From Bacteroidia bacterium (GTDB taxonomy: Bacteria > Bacteroidota > Bacteroidia > J057 > JAIXKT01): a stretch of 64,000 nt of DNA. Shown piece after piece: positions 36,682 to 45,566 of this stretch. The position numbers and the translations under genes are program-made. Location of the stretch: contig JAIXKT010000001.1 in NCBI GenBank assembly GCA_026932145.1, positions 45,786 through 109,785 of the forward strand. Direction: 5' to 3'. Every line of letters starts with the position of its first letter. Position 1 is the first letter of the stretch. Under the pieces are notes generated by a model. It was not told the origin of the DNA, did not search any database, and saw only the letters and a program-made list of their open reading frames with translations.

Positions 36682-37784
36682 TTTTTAGAGTAAGCATTTA
36701 TTTTGGCTACTCTGTCAATTCTATCTAAGGCGAACCGGAGAGCAGCTTCATGTGGGGTAATGTTTTCTTGTTCAGCTATGTTTATAACACTTAGTAGGGT
36801 GTCATAAATTCCTTCTGTTTGATGTTTAGCTCGTTGGGCATTGTATCCGATTCGTTCATTGGAAACGTTAATCAAGCCTCCGGCGTTAATCAAAAAGTCC
36901 GGTGCATACAGAATGTCTTTTTCTTTAAGAGCTTGTCCGTCCCGCTTTTCTTCCAATAATTGGTTGTTAGCTGCGCCGGCAACAATGCTACAGTTGAGTT
37001 GCGGAATAGTTGTGGGGTTCAGACCGGCACCTAATGCGCAAGGAGCATAAACATCGCAAGGTGTGCTTGCTATCTCAGATTCATCATGGATAATCTGAGC
37101 ATTTGTTTCCTGTGCTACTTTTTTAACTCTTTCTTTATCAATATCAAACAAGATTAGCTTTGCGCCGTCGTGGTGTAAAAGTTTTGCAAGGGCCTCTCCT
37201 ACCTTACCTGTTCCCTGAACGAGAACGGTTTTCTGGGCTAAGGATTCACTTCCGGTTCTGTGTTTTAAGCAGGCTTTGATTCCCATATACACACCGTAAG
37301 CTGTTACTGGTGAGGGGTCTCCACTCCCACCGTTACTTTCGGAACGGCCTACTACGTGTTGGGTTTCTTTCATCATCAGTTCAACATCTTTTACGCTGAT
37401 ATTGACATCTTCGGCGGTGATATATTTTCCAGAAAGACTATCTACAAACTGCCCAAAACGGCGAAATAATGCTTCTGATTTAATAGTCGGTTGGCCTATA
37501 ATCACCGCCTTACCGCCACCTAAATCTAAGCCGGAAATAGCTGCCTTAAATGTCATGCCTCGTGAAAGTCTCAAAACATCTGTTAAGGCTTGCTTTTCTT
37601 CTGCGTATTGCCAAAGCCTTGTGCCACCTAAGGCAGGCCCTAAAACAGTATTGTGAATAGCTATAATAGCTCGTAAGCCTGTTGCTGAATCGTAACAAAA
37701 TAACACTTGCTCATGCTCATGAACAGAAAGCATATCCAGTATGGAAACTGAATCTAATGCTGTCGGAGAATTTGATAAGACCAT
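36675..37784 (-). CDS. ldh: Leucine (Glu/Leu/Phe/Val family) dehydrogenase
   Basis: AIIAIHNTVLGPALGGTRLWQY and KAAISGLDLGGGKAVI, plus the Rossmann motif VQGTGKVG. Confidence 0.85.
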   Translation of the reverse strand: MVLSNSPTALDSVSILDMLSVHEHEQVLFCYDSATGLRAIIAIHNTVLGPALGGTRLWQYAEEKQALTDVLRLSRGMTFKAAISGLDLGGGKAVIIGQPTIKSEALFRRFGQFVDSLSGKYITAEDVNISVKDVELMMKETQHVVGRSESNGGSGDPSPVTAYGVYMGIKACLKHRTGSESLAQKTVLVQGTGKVGEALAKLLHHDGAKLILFDIDKERVKKVAQETNAQIIHDESEIASTPCDVYAPCALGAGLNPTTIPQLNCSIVAGAANNQLLEEKRDGQALKEKDILYAPDFLINAGGLINVSNERIGYNAQRAKHQTEGIYDTLLSVINIAEQENITPHEAALRFALDRIDRVAKINAYSKKW

Positions 37785-37920
37785 TTATTATTGTAATAAA
37801 AACACGCAAGTTTACAAATATTTCACATAGAAAAACTTAAAAGAAAAATTAATTTGGTTTTTATAAATTCATCAATTTCTAAAACCACGATTATATCTTT
37901 ATAGGTTTATTTCCATCGGA

Positions 37921-37951
37921 AAAAGCAAAAAGTCCGAAGTTTATTCGGACT
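37921..37951 (-). terminator. Intrinsic terminator immediately 3' of tRNA-Glu
   Basis: An 8-bp stem AGTCCGAA/TTCGGACT (37931-37938 with 37944-37951) and a 5-nt loop. On the minus strand it is followed by TTTTTGCTTTT. Confidence 0.65.
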
Positions 37952-37954
37952 TTT

Positions 37955-38029
37955 TGGTACTCGGTAGGGGAATCGAACCCCTGTTGCAAGAATGAAAATC
38001 TTGAGTCCTAACCCCTAGACGAACCGAGC
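37955..38029 (-). tRNA. tRNA-Glu (anticodon TTC) with encoded CCA
   Basis: Hand-folded from GCTCGGT-TC-GTCT-AGGGGTTA-GGAC-T-CAAGA-TTTTCAT-TCTTG-CAAC-AGGGG-TTCGATT-CCCCT-ACCGAGT-A-CCA. The 1:72 pair is G.U. Confidence 0.85.
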
Positions 38030-38147
38030 GAGAATCTGGCTGCAAAATTAGTGCTTTTTTGATTATATCAAACGTTTTTTTTATGTTTTTTGTAATCTAT
38101 TGATATACAATTAGATATTTTAATTTCTGCCAAAATATTAAAATTCG

Positions 38148-39245
38148 TTAGTCAATAACTTGTTTTAAATAGGCTTCATATTGGTCTATTATACGCTCCC
38201 AGTTATAAACAACTCTTACTTTTTGTTGGTTTTCTGCTATAAAAGAGGCTCGGTTCTTAGATAGCTCATCGTAGTTAATGAGGATTTCTGCGGCATCTTG
38301 TGGGGTCGCAAAATAAAAAGCATTCTTTTCTAAAACAGACATATTAAATGGATTTTTGTGCGCCGCAACAAGTGCTCCCGAGCCCATTGCTTCTACCAAT
38401 GAAGGATTGGTTCCGCCTACTGAATGACCGTGAAAATATACTTTACATTGATACCTAAGATTGTTTAAATGCTCTAAATTGTATAATCCACCAATAAATC
38501 TAATGCTGGGAGTATCTGCAAACTTGGTTTTTAATACCTCTCCGTAAGGAGTTTGATGATTTCCTATAACAATGAAAGGATCTTTATCTTGTGAAATCTT
38601 GTACCCTTCCAGCATCATCTCAATGTTGTTTTCGGGTTCTAATCTTGCTATCAACATAGAATAACGATAAGGTTCAACTTGATAGTTTTTTAGAACTTCG
38701 GGGTTCGGTTGGTCAAAAATATAGGCACCAAAAGGGATTACCACTGAGTCTTTTTGGTATGTTTGTAGAAAGTATTCACGAATCCCCTCATTATCTGAAA
38801 TCATGTATTTGATTTTAGATAATGCAAGTTTTTCTAACCAAAGCATAAATCTACGAATGGGGGCATTAAATTTTGTTCTTTTCCATTCTAAACCATCCAT
38901 AGTGAATGCAACTGGCTTATTATCAGTTTTTAGCAGATACATTGTGGGAACTACTGTGCTATAACCCAGTTCAAAATAGGCATCGAATTTTTTATTCAAA
39001 GCATCTTTTAAGCAAATGAAGTCAAAAATAAAATTTGCAAATGCCCCCAAAAGAGGTTCGGGATGCCATTTTTGGATGATTTGGATACCATTATACGCTG
39101 GTAATTTATAGGGATGAAAATGAGGGTTATAAACCGTTACGGAATGCCCTCGCTTTACTAAACCCATAGATAGTATTTCTGCAAATTGCTCAAAGCCACC
39201 GTAATTATTGGGAATCCCGCGAGTGCCTAAAATAGCTATTTTCAT
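38148..39245 (-). CDS. Glycosyltransferase family 4 (DUF1972 N-terminal type)
   Basis: The MKIAILGTRGIPNNYGGFEQFAE start is characteristic of DUF1972-GT4 enzymes. A C-terminal GT1-type domain is present. Confidence 0.75.
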   Translation of the reverse strand: MKIAILGTRGIPNNYGGFEQFAEILSMGLVKRGHSVTVYNPHFHPYKLPAYNGIQIIQKWHPEPLLGAFANFIFDFICLKDALNKKFDAYFELGYSTVVPTMYLLKTDNKPVAFTMDGLEWKRTKFNAPIRRFMLWLEKLALSKIKYMISDNEGIREYFLQTYQKDSVVIPFGAYIFDQPNPEVLKNYQVEPYRYSMLIARLEPENNIEMMLEGYKISQDKDPFIVIGNHQTPYGEVLKTKFADTPSIRFIGGLYNLEHLNNLRYQCKVYFHGHSVGGTNPSLVEAMGSGALVAAHKNPFNMSVLEKNAFYFATPQDAAEILINYDELSKNRASFIAENQQKVRVVYNWERIIDQYEAYLKQVID

Positions 39246-39291
39246 TAAAAATATATAGATAAAAAATTATACAAATAATAAAATTGTGTTG

Positions 39292-41853
39292 TTAGTTTCC
39301 GGAAAATCTATCCTGAAAATTTCTCTGTTTGTTGATTTTTAAGTCTGCAAGGGTAGAGCTTTTTACATTTAAAGTAAAGAAATAGCTTCTAAATGTCCCA
39401 AAAGGAATAATATTTAGGGTCATTTGCCAGCAGTGTAAGTCTCTGGTTATATTGATGCTGGTTACAGTAAGTTTTTTACTTTTGAAGTCTAAGCCGCTGC
39501 TGTATGAAATCCCCCATTTAGGGGTTAATGTGATATTTCCGGAAAAAGTAAGTGCGTGCCTAAGGGTTACTGTCTGTAATGGACGATCATAGTTTAGCGT
39601 ATAGCTCAAATTGAGTGTCCAAGGTATCGAGAAATCTTGATATTGGTCAAAAATAGATTGATAATGATGTTGTTTTTTTTCAGGCTGTTCTTTCTTTTTG
39701 GGGCTTTTTAGATTACAAGAAATGGCTGCCGAAGCGGAGGTTAATCTGGCTAACTGCTTATTTTGGGTGTATAAAAATACCGGAGTTACCCGTGTTTTAG
39801 CCTCGTTAAGTGCATACCAATTAAAACTGCCGTCTAAGTTAAACACAAACAGCCCTTTCAGCAAAGAAGTACGAGCATTGGCTCGCAAAGGATCTATCCG
39901 AAAACTATCAGCAGCAAAATTATAGCGGGTTGAAAGGCTGAGGTTGTCTAATAACGTTGTGTAGGTCGAGTTATCTTTGGCAGATTTATTGGGGTCTGTT
40001 TTTTTGTTTAAAGACTTCATTTCAAGCATATTACGTAATCCAAAGTTAATTGCTTGACTTTCTCCGCCGGCAGGCGAACCAATAATTCCGTTTTCAAAGC
40101 GGCTGTAATGAATTTCTGTGCCCGTAGAATCTCTATAGGACTTAAAAACCCCCCATTGAGATTTACCAAAATCTGGGCGGTAAGTATATGATACTGATGG
40201 ATTTAATGTGTGTCTAAAAGCCCGTTTACGTTTAGATTGGGTTTGAAATACTCCATAAACGTTGGTATTAGCGGCCATATTCAAGCTAAAATCTCGGGTA
40301 GCTGCAAAACCATTTGTTTTGTCTGTTTTTAATGAATCTATGGTTCCGGCATTAACCCAAGTTTTATTGGTTGTTTGTAAATACCAATATTCATTAAAAG
40401 TAGCTGATGGAGAGAGTGTTACATAGCGTAATAGTTTGAAGTTAGTGTTAATGCTTGCCGTGTGTAACATTCCGTTGCGCATATTATTTCGGGTTTCCGG
40501 CTTGAGTAGCAAAGAATCGTAAGTATTCAAAACATTTTTTAATGCTACGTTATATCCTACGCTAATCTGCTCATACCAAGCATTTTGTGAAGCATTTTTT
40601 TTCTTAAACGGGTTAAATCTATTTACAGACAAATTGGCAGAAGGAAGTGATAGCTCAATATTTCGGGTTGCCAGATTTTGGTTGCTATTCATGCTCACAG
40701 AAAGCAAAGCAGGTGCACGGCGAAAACTCTTTTGATAGCTGATACTGGAAGCTAATTGGGTATTAACGACCTGAGCAATGTTAAAAGAGTTATTTCTAAA
40801 GTAAGAGGGTGAAGCTGCATTCACATTTGCTCTGAATTGTGCCGTAGGGCTTAGTATCTGGTTATGATTCCAAACAATATTGATGTTGCGAACTTCCTGA
40901 AAGTTAGGGTCTGTAGGTTCATTAAAGCGGGTGATGGCGTAGTTAAAGTTTAGATTTCCGTCAGTAACGTATCTTTTTTTGTAGTCTAACTTAGTTCCGA
41001 TGCGGTATCCGCCTTTGGTAAAAATATCTCCTTCGAAGGTGGCATTTAGGTAAGGGCTTGCCGCCCAAAAGAAGCCGCCGCCTCGTAGAAAAAAACCTCT
41101 ATCGGCTGCTTCTCCATAGGCAGGAATAACAATTCCGGATTTTCTTCGCTGCTGATTGGGAAAAAAACCAAAAGGAAGAACTAACGGAAGCGGAACGTCA
41201 GCTACCCGTAAATACAGCGGTCCGCAGATGATTTTATCACCCGGAATCACCTTCAGTTTGCTTGCATGAATGCTAAAATGCGGATGCTCTGCATCACAAG
41301 TAGTAAATTCACCCGAGGCAATATAATAGGTGTTATCCGGATTCCGCCGGATAGTTTGCCCCAAAATATAATCCCCGCCTTGATTCGTTTTCGCTTTATA
41401 AATAATTCCTTTACGGCTTGAAAAATTGTAACGCATCCGTTCTGCTCGGTATTCTTGACCTTTTTCTACAAAGATAGGTGTTTTAACCCACTTTCCGGTG
41501 GAATCCTCAGCCCCTCGTGCCTCTACCATATTATTAGGCCAATCTACATCAATAAATTCTGATTTCAAGCGCATTCCGTCATAATCCAAAGAACTTTCGC
41601 TATAAAGCCACATCTTTTTGGTATTCAAATCCAGTACAATAGAATCTTGGGCAGCATATTTCACCTGATCTTTAATATCACTTGCAGATTTTAAGCTATC
41701 CAAACGCATTATCTTAGCCGTTGAATCACGCTTAGAAACAGAATCTGCCGTAGAAACGGCTATAGAATCTGATTTTATTTGCGCTAAACAATAACTACTT
41801 CCTAAAACTAACCCGATTACAATCCGGAACAGAAAGCCCAGACTTCTCTGCAT
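39292..41853 (-). CDS. LptD/OstA-like outer-membrane LPS-assembly protein
   Basis: Signal peptide, an OstA-like N-terminal beta-jellyroll region, and a long beta-strand-rich barrel (853 aa) that ends in an aromatic-rich C-terminus. Confidence 0.6.
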   Translation of the reverse strand: MQRSLGFLFRIVIGLVLGSSYCLAQIKSDSIAVSTADSVSKRDSTAKIMRLDSLKSASDIKDQVKYAAQDSIVLDLNTKKMWLYSESSLDYDGMRLKSEFIDVDWPNNMVEARGAEDSTGKWVKTPIFVEKGQEYRAERMRYNFSSRKGIIYKAKTNQGGDYILGQTIRRNPDNTYYIASGEFTTCDAEHPHFSIHASKLKVIPGDKIICGPLYLRVADVPLPLVLPFGFFPNQQRRKSGIVIPAYGEAADRGFFLRGGGFFWAASPYLNATFEGDIFTKGGYRIGTKLDYKKRYVTDGNLNFNYAITRFNEPTDPNFQEVRNINIVWNHNQILSPTAQFRANVNAASPSYFRNNSFNIAQVVNTQLASSISYQKSFRRAPALLSVSMNSNQNLATRNIELSLPSANLSVNRFNPFKKKNASQNAWYEQISVGYNVALKNVLNTYDSLLLKPETRNNMRNGMLHTASINTNFKLLRYVTLSPSATFNEYWYLQTTNKTWVNAGTIDSLKTDKTNGFAATRDFSLNMAANTNVYGVFQTQSKRKRAFRHTLNPSVSYTYRPDFGKSQWGVFKSYRDSTGTEIHYSRFENGIIGSPAGGESQAINFGLRNMLEMKSLNKKTDPNKSAKDNSTYTTLLDNLSLSTRYNFAADSFRIDPLRANARTSLLKGLFVFNLDGSFNWYALNEAKTRVTPVFLYTQNKQLARLTSASAAISCNLKSPKKKEQPEKKQHHYQSIFDQYQDFSIPWTLNLSYTLNYDRPLQTVTLRHALTFSGNITLTPKWGISYSSGLDFKSKKLTVTSINITRDLHCWQMTLNIIPFGTFRSYFFTLNVKSSTLADLKINKQRNFQDRFSGN

Positions 41854-42060
41854 ATTGCTGCAAAAGTAAAGCGAATAGCTGAATTTATACCAAAAACCTA
41901 AAAATATTGCTTAAACATCTTTCCAGATAAACGCCTATTCTCTCAAAACGTTATCCACAGACAATAAAAAGCAATTACAATACGTTTGTATAACTAAACA
42001 CAGAATAGAAGCTCGGCACAAATTTTGAGGATGATTTTTTTAGAAATTTGCATGAATTAG

Positions 42061-42849
42061 ATGAATATGCGTTCAAGAATCCAGCTTTTACCGTATTTGT
42101 TGGTAATTTTTTTTCTGTACTGTTCTTTTAATACCCGCTATGCTATTGAAACCAATGTGAATAGCATTGTATTAGATGCCGGGCACGGAGGAAAAGACCC
42201 TGGCACAAGTGGCTCTGTTTCAAAAGAAAAAACGATTGCCTTAGCAGTAGTTTTAGAGCTTGAAAAAATACTCAAACAATATTCCCCAAATATTGAGGTT
42301 AATCTTACTCGAAGAAATGACACATTCGTAGAGTTGATTGAGCGCGCAGCTATTGCAAACCGAAAAAAAACAGATTTATTCATCAGTGTGCATTGCAATG
42401 CCAGCCCCAGTAAAGAAATCAGCGGCTCAGAAACCTATGCCGTAGGCTTGCACAAAGAAGACCAAAACTTAGATGTAATCATGAATGAAAACTCATCTAT
42501 CTTATTGGAAGAAAATTACTTAGAAAAATATGATGGCTTTGACCCCAAATCAGAAGAGGGTTACATCATATTTTCATTGCTTCAAAATGCGTACCTAAAA
42601 CAAAGTTTGTATTTAGCCAGAAAAATAGAAGATTATTTTCAGCAAAAAACAGGGCGCAAAAGTAGAGGCGTAAAACAAGCCGGATTTTTAGTGCTCTGGA
42701 AAACCACTATGCCCTCTGTATTGGTCGAAACAGGCTATTTGAGTAATAAAATTGATGAAAAATTCCTAAACTCGGTAGAAGGTAGGCAACATATAGCAAA
42801 CTCTATCTACAAAGCCATTCGTGAATACAGAACTGATTTAAAAAGCTGA
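42061..42849 (+). CDS. N-acetylmuramoyl-L-alanine amidase (Amidase_3)
   Basis: VLDAGHGGKDPGT, FISVHCNA and the ETGYLSN zinc/fold motifs. Confidence 0.85.
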   Translation: MNMRSRIQLLPYLLVIFFLYCSFNTRYAIETNVNSIVLDAGHGGKDPGTSGSVSKEKTIALAVVLELEKILKQYSPNIEVNLTRRNDTFVELIERAAIANRKKTDLFISVHCNASPSKEISGSETYAVGLHKEDQNLDVIMNENSSILLEENYLEKYDGFDPKSEEGYIIFSLLQNAYLKQSLYLARKIEDYFQQKTGRKSRGVKQAGFLVLWKTTMPSVLVETGYLSNKIDEKFLNSVEGRQHIANSIYKAIREYRTDLKS

Positions 42850-42897
42850 TTACCAATAGTTTAGAACAAATTTATATTGTAATCCTGCTTCTGATAT

Positions 42898-42927
42898 AGG
42901 CAGTTGTTTTCTTTAAAACAACTGCCT
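42898..42927 (+). terminator. Strong hairpin downstream of the amidase gene
   Basis: A 13-bp perfect stem AGGCAGTTGTTTT/AAAACAACTGCCT with a 4-nt loop. No long T-run follows directly, so function is uncertain. Confidence 0.45.
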
Positions 42928-43070
42928 TACCGTTTAATACACAGTTATCAGTTGTGTTATTTCGTATTTTTTAGGTAACTTTCCGATGTAAATCTTTTTT
43001 GCCCGGCACCTCAAAAAAGATAAGACCCTAAAAATTACGAATGATAAAAGTAACTTTTTTACATACATTT

Positions 43071-44384
43071 ATGAAAAAAACTCTTGATATTTTTAATTAT
43101 ATAAATCTATTTAATTTACAGAAAATCATAGTTTTATGTATTTTACTTAAACAATCAGTAGAGGTTTTTTCGCAAGAAATTACGCGCTGCGGAAATGACC
43201 TGAGAATGCCCCAGTATCTTATTCAAAATACAGATAAAATTCAAGCAATTGATATTTCTGCACAAACGTATCATAAAAATTCCGGAACTATCAGATATAT
43301 TCCGGTGGCAGTTCATGTAATCCATAATGGAGGAAGCGAAAATATAACTGATAATCAGATATTTAGCCAAATTGAAATTCTAAATCAAGATTTTCGTAAA
43401 ATATCGGGCACTTTGGGAGACGGTAAAGGTGTAGATACACAAATTGAGTTTTTTTTAGCCCAAAAAGACCCAAACGGACAATGTACGAATGGCATTACCC
43501 GTCATCAATCACTGCTTACCAATCATGATATTTTGGATGAGGTTCAATTAAAGTCAATATGTCATTGGCCAGCACGGAGTTATCTAAACATTTATGTTGT
43601 GAAAACAATCTTAGGCGGGCTTACCTTAGGTTATTCAACACAGCCCGGGCAGCAAGATTCTTCGTTAAGCGGAGTTGTTATTCAGCATACAAATTTTGGT
43701 AAAGTAGGGACGGTAACGCCTCCTTTTCATTTAGGTCGTACAGTAACCCATGAAGTTGGTCATTGGTTAGGATTATTGCATATTTTTCAAGATGGCTGCG
43801 CCGGAACATCTCCTGCAAATTGCAGTAGCTTTGGAGATAAAATTTGTGATACCCCTCCTACTAAAAACCCTAACGGTAACACCGGATGCCCCACAGGAAT
43901 CAATACCTGTGTTGAGTTTCCACAAGACAAACCGGATATGGTCGAAAACTACTTAGATTATACCGATGACGCTTGCATGAACTTATTTACACAAGGACAA
44001 TCAAGCCGCATGAATGCTGTCTTAGACATAGAATACACAACTTTATGCACAGAACAAAACTTAAAGGCAACCGGATTCGGAGGTTGTATTTCAGCCATAA
44101 GCTCCTTAAACACAACAGAAATCACAATTAATATTATGCCCAATCCCGCTACCAATCGTGTTCAAATCTTTTGTAACCATCATCAAGGAACATCTTTGCT
44201 ATCTCTTACAATTAAGAATATTTACGGGCAAATTATTGAGAACATGGATGTTAGTGAAATAACAAACTTTGTTTGGGAACCGGCTATATGGGAAAAACTA
44301 CCTTCAGGAATTTATTTTGTAACACTAACAACCCGTAACGGAATATCTTATACCCAAAAAGTCTTAAAACTATCTGAAAATTAA
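43071..44384 (+). CDS. M43-family (pappalysin/cytophagalysin-like) zinc metalloprotease with a T9SS C-terminal domain
   Basis: HEVGHWLGLLHIF zinc motif. The C-terminus IMPNPATNRVQIF...LPSGIYFVTL is a T9SS tail. ATG at 43071 is preferred. Confidence 0.8.
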   Translation: MKKTLDIFNYINLFNLQKIIVLCILLKQSVEVFSQEITRCGNDLRMPQYLIQNTDKIQAIDISAQTYHKNSGTIRYIPVAVHVIHNGGSENITDNQIFSQIEILNQDFRKISGTLGDGKGVDTQIEFFLAQKDPNGQCTNGITRHQSLLTNHDILDEVQLKSICHWPARSYLNIYVVKTILGGLTLGYSTQPGQQDSSLSGVVIQHTNFGKVGTVTPPFHLGRTVTHEVGHWLGLLHIFQDGCAGTSPANCSSFGDKICDTPPTKNPNGNTGCPTGINTCVEFPQDKPDMVENYLDYTDDACMNLFTQGQSSRMNAVLDIEYTTLCTEQNLKATGFGGCISAISSLNTTEITINIMPNPATNRVQIFCNHHQGTSLLSLTIKNIYGQIIENMDVSEITNFVWEPAIWEKLPSGIYFVTLTTRNGISYTQKVLKLSEN

Positions 44385-44394
44385 CAATAGTAGC

Positions 44395-44402
44395 TACATT
44401 TG
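44395..44402 (+). promoter_or_regulatory. -7 promoter box TACATTTG
   Basis: Exact TAnnTTTG match, 21 nt upstream of the ATG at 44424. Confidence 0.4.
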
Positions 44403-44423
44403 CTTTTGATAACTTATTTTTAG

Positions 44424-45473
44424 ATGAAGCGAAATTTGCAGTCATTATGGTTAGGTATTTTCCATGGGTTAAATGATCTGAGTGCAGCTTATTGGCTGGG
44501 AAGTTATATTTCTAATACTGCCTTAGATACTGCTCAATTGTTTGTTTTGTATAATGTGCTGGCTTTTGGTGGGCAGTTTGTGCTGGCAGGCTTCATGCAG
44601 GGAACTACCATTCGTTCAGTATCCTTTCGGATTATTGGGTTACTTTTAATATTGTCTTGGTTCATTGGCGATACAAATCCGTATTTAACAGTTGTGTTGT
44701 TGGGTTTGATTTCGTCTGCGTTTCATTTGTTGGGGGGAGTGTATGTTTTGCGGTTATATTCCGGTTCTTCGGCCCATGTAGGTCTTTTTTCTGCACCGGG
44801 AGTGCTTGGAATCGCCATTGGCGGAATATGCGTTACGCAGTCTATTGGGCATCTCACAATGGCATTCATAATAGCCGGTATCATTTTAGGGTTAATATTT
44901 TTATTGCGACTACCTGATTTACCGGCTATTTGGTCAAAGACACAAGTAAGCTCAAAATTTCATTTTGACCGCCATGATTGGGCAATGTTACTTTTGTTAT
45001 TAACAGTTGTTTTACGTTCAGGGATTTGGAACATTGTATTTACAAGTTGGCATTATTTTGAGGCGAACCCGGTTTGGATGGCTGTTGCAGCCTGCTGCGG
45101 AAAAGGTTTAGGCGGGCTATTGGGAATATGGGTGCAACCTAAAAAACTTGTACAAATACTTACCCTTAACTTGCTCATTACCTTTGTTTCGGCAATTCTG
45201 TTTAATAATTATATCAGCTTACTCATAGGAATATTTTGCCTGCAAGCCCTAATACCGCTTACATGGGTGATTTTAGAAAATACCTATTTGAAAAACCCGT
45301 TGTTATCAACGTCATTATCATTGGGAATCTTGCTTCTATTTGGCGGATTTACAATGTTTCCGCCATTTTCGAGCTGGTTTTCAAGTATTTATGGAATAAT
45401 AGCCTCCATTCTAATGCTTATTACCTTTTACTTTTTTGCTTTTAATATTTCACAGAAAACAGTTGAAGATTAA
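44424..45473 (+). CDS. Polytopic integral membrane protein, family not recognised
   Basis: 349 aa with about 10 hydrophobic segments. I see no diagnostic motif. Confidence 0.55.
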   Translation: MKRNLQSLWLGIFHGLNDLSAAYWLGSYISNTALDTAQLFVLYNVLAFGGQFVLAGFMQGTTIRSVSFRIIGLLLILSWFIGDTNPYLTVVLLGLISSAFHLLGGVYVLRLYSGSSAHVGLFSAPGVLGIAIGGICVTQSIGHLTMAFIIAGIILGLIFLLRLPDLPAIWSKTQVSSKFHFDRHDWAMLLLLLTVVLRSGIWNIVFTSWHYFEANPVWMAVAACCGKGLGGLLGIWVQPKKLVQILTLNLLITFVSAILFNNYISLLIGIFCLQALIPLTWVILENTYLKNPLLSTSLSLGILLLFGGFTMFPPFSSWFSSIYGIIASILMLITFYFFAFNISQKTVED

Positions 45474-45566
45474 GGTATAAGTAAGAAAAAAAAGATTTTT
45501 AGAATATAGTTTAATCTGTTTCTAAAAAACTTTTTCAACTTTGCGGCCAAATACAGAACCAGATAG

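Noticed and set aside
41951-41959. Perfect DnaA box TTATCCACA in the lptD-like/amidase divergent intergenic region, considered as a possible oriC.
   Set aside because: It is a single copy with no neighbouring boxes or AT-rich unwinding repeats. A given 9-mer is expected about 0.5 times by chance in 64 kb on two strands.
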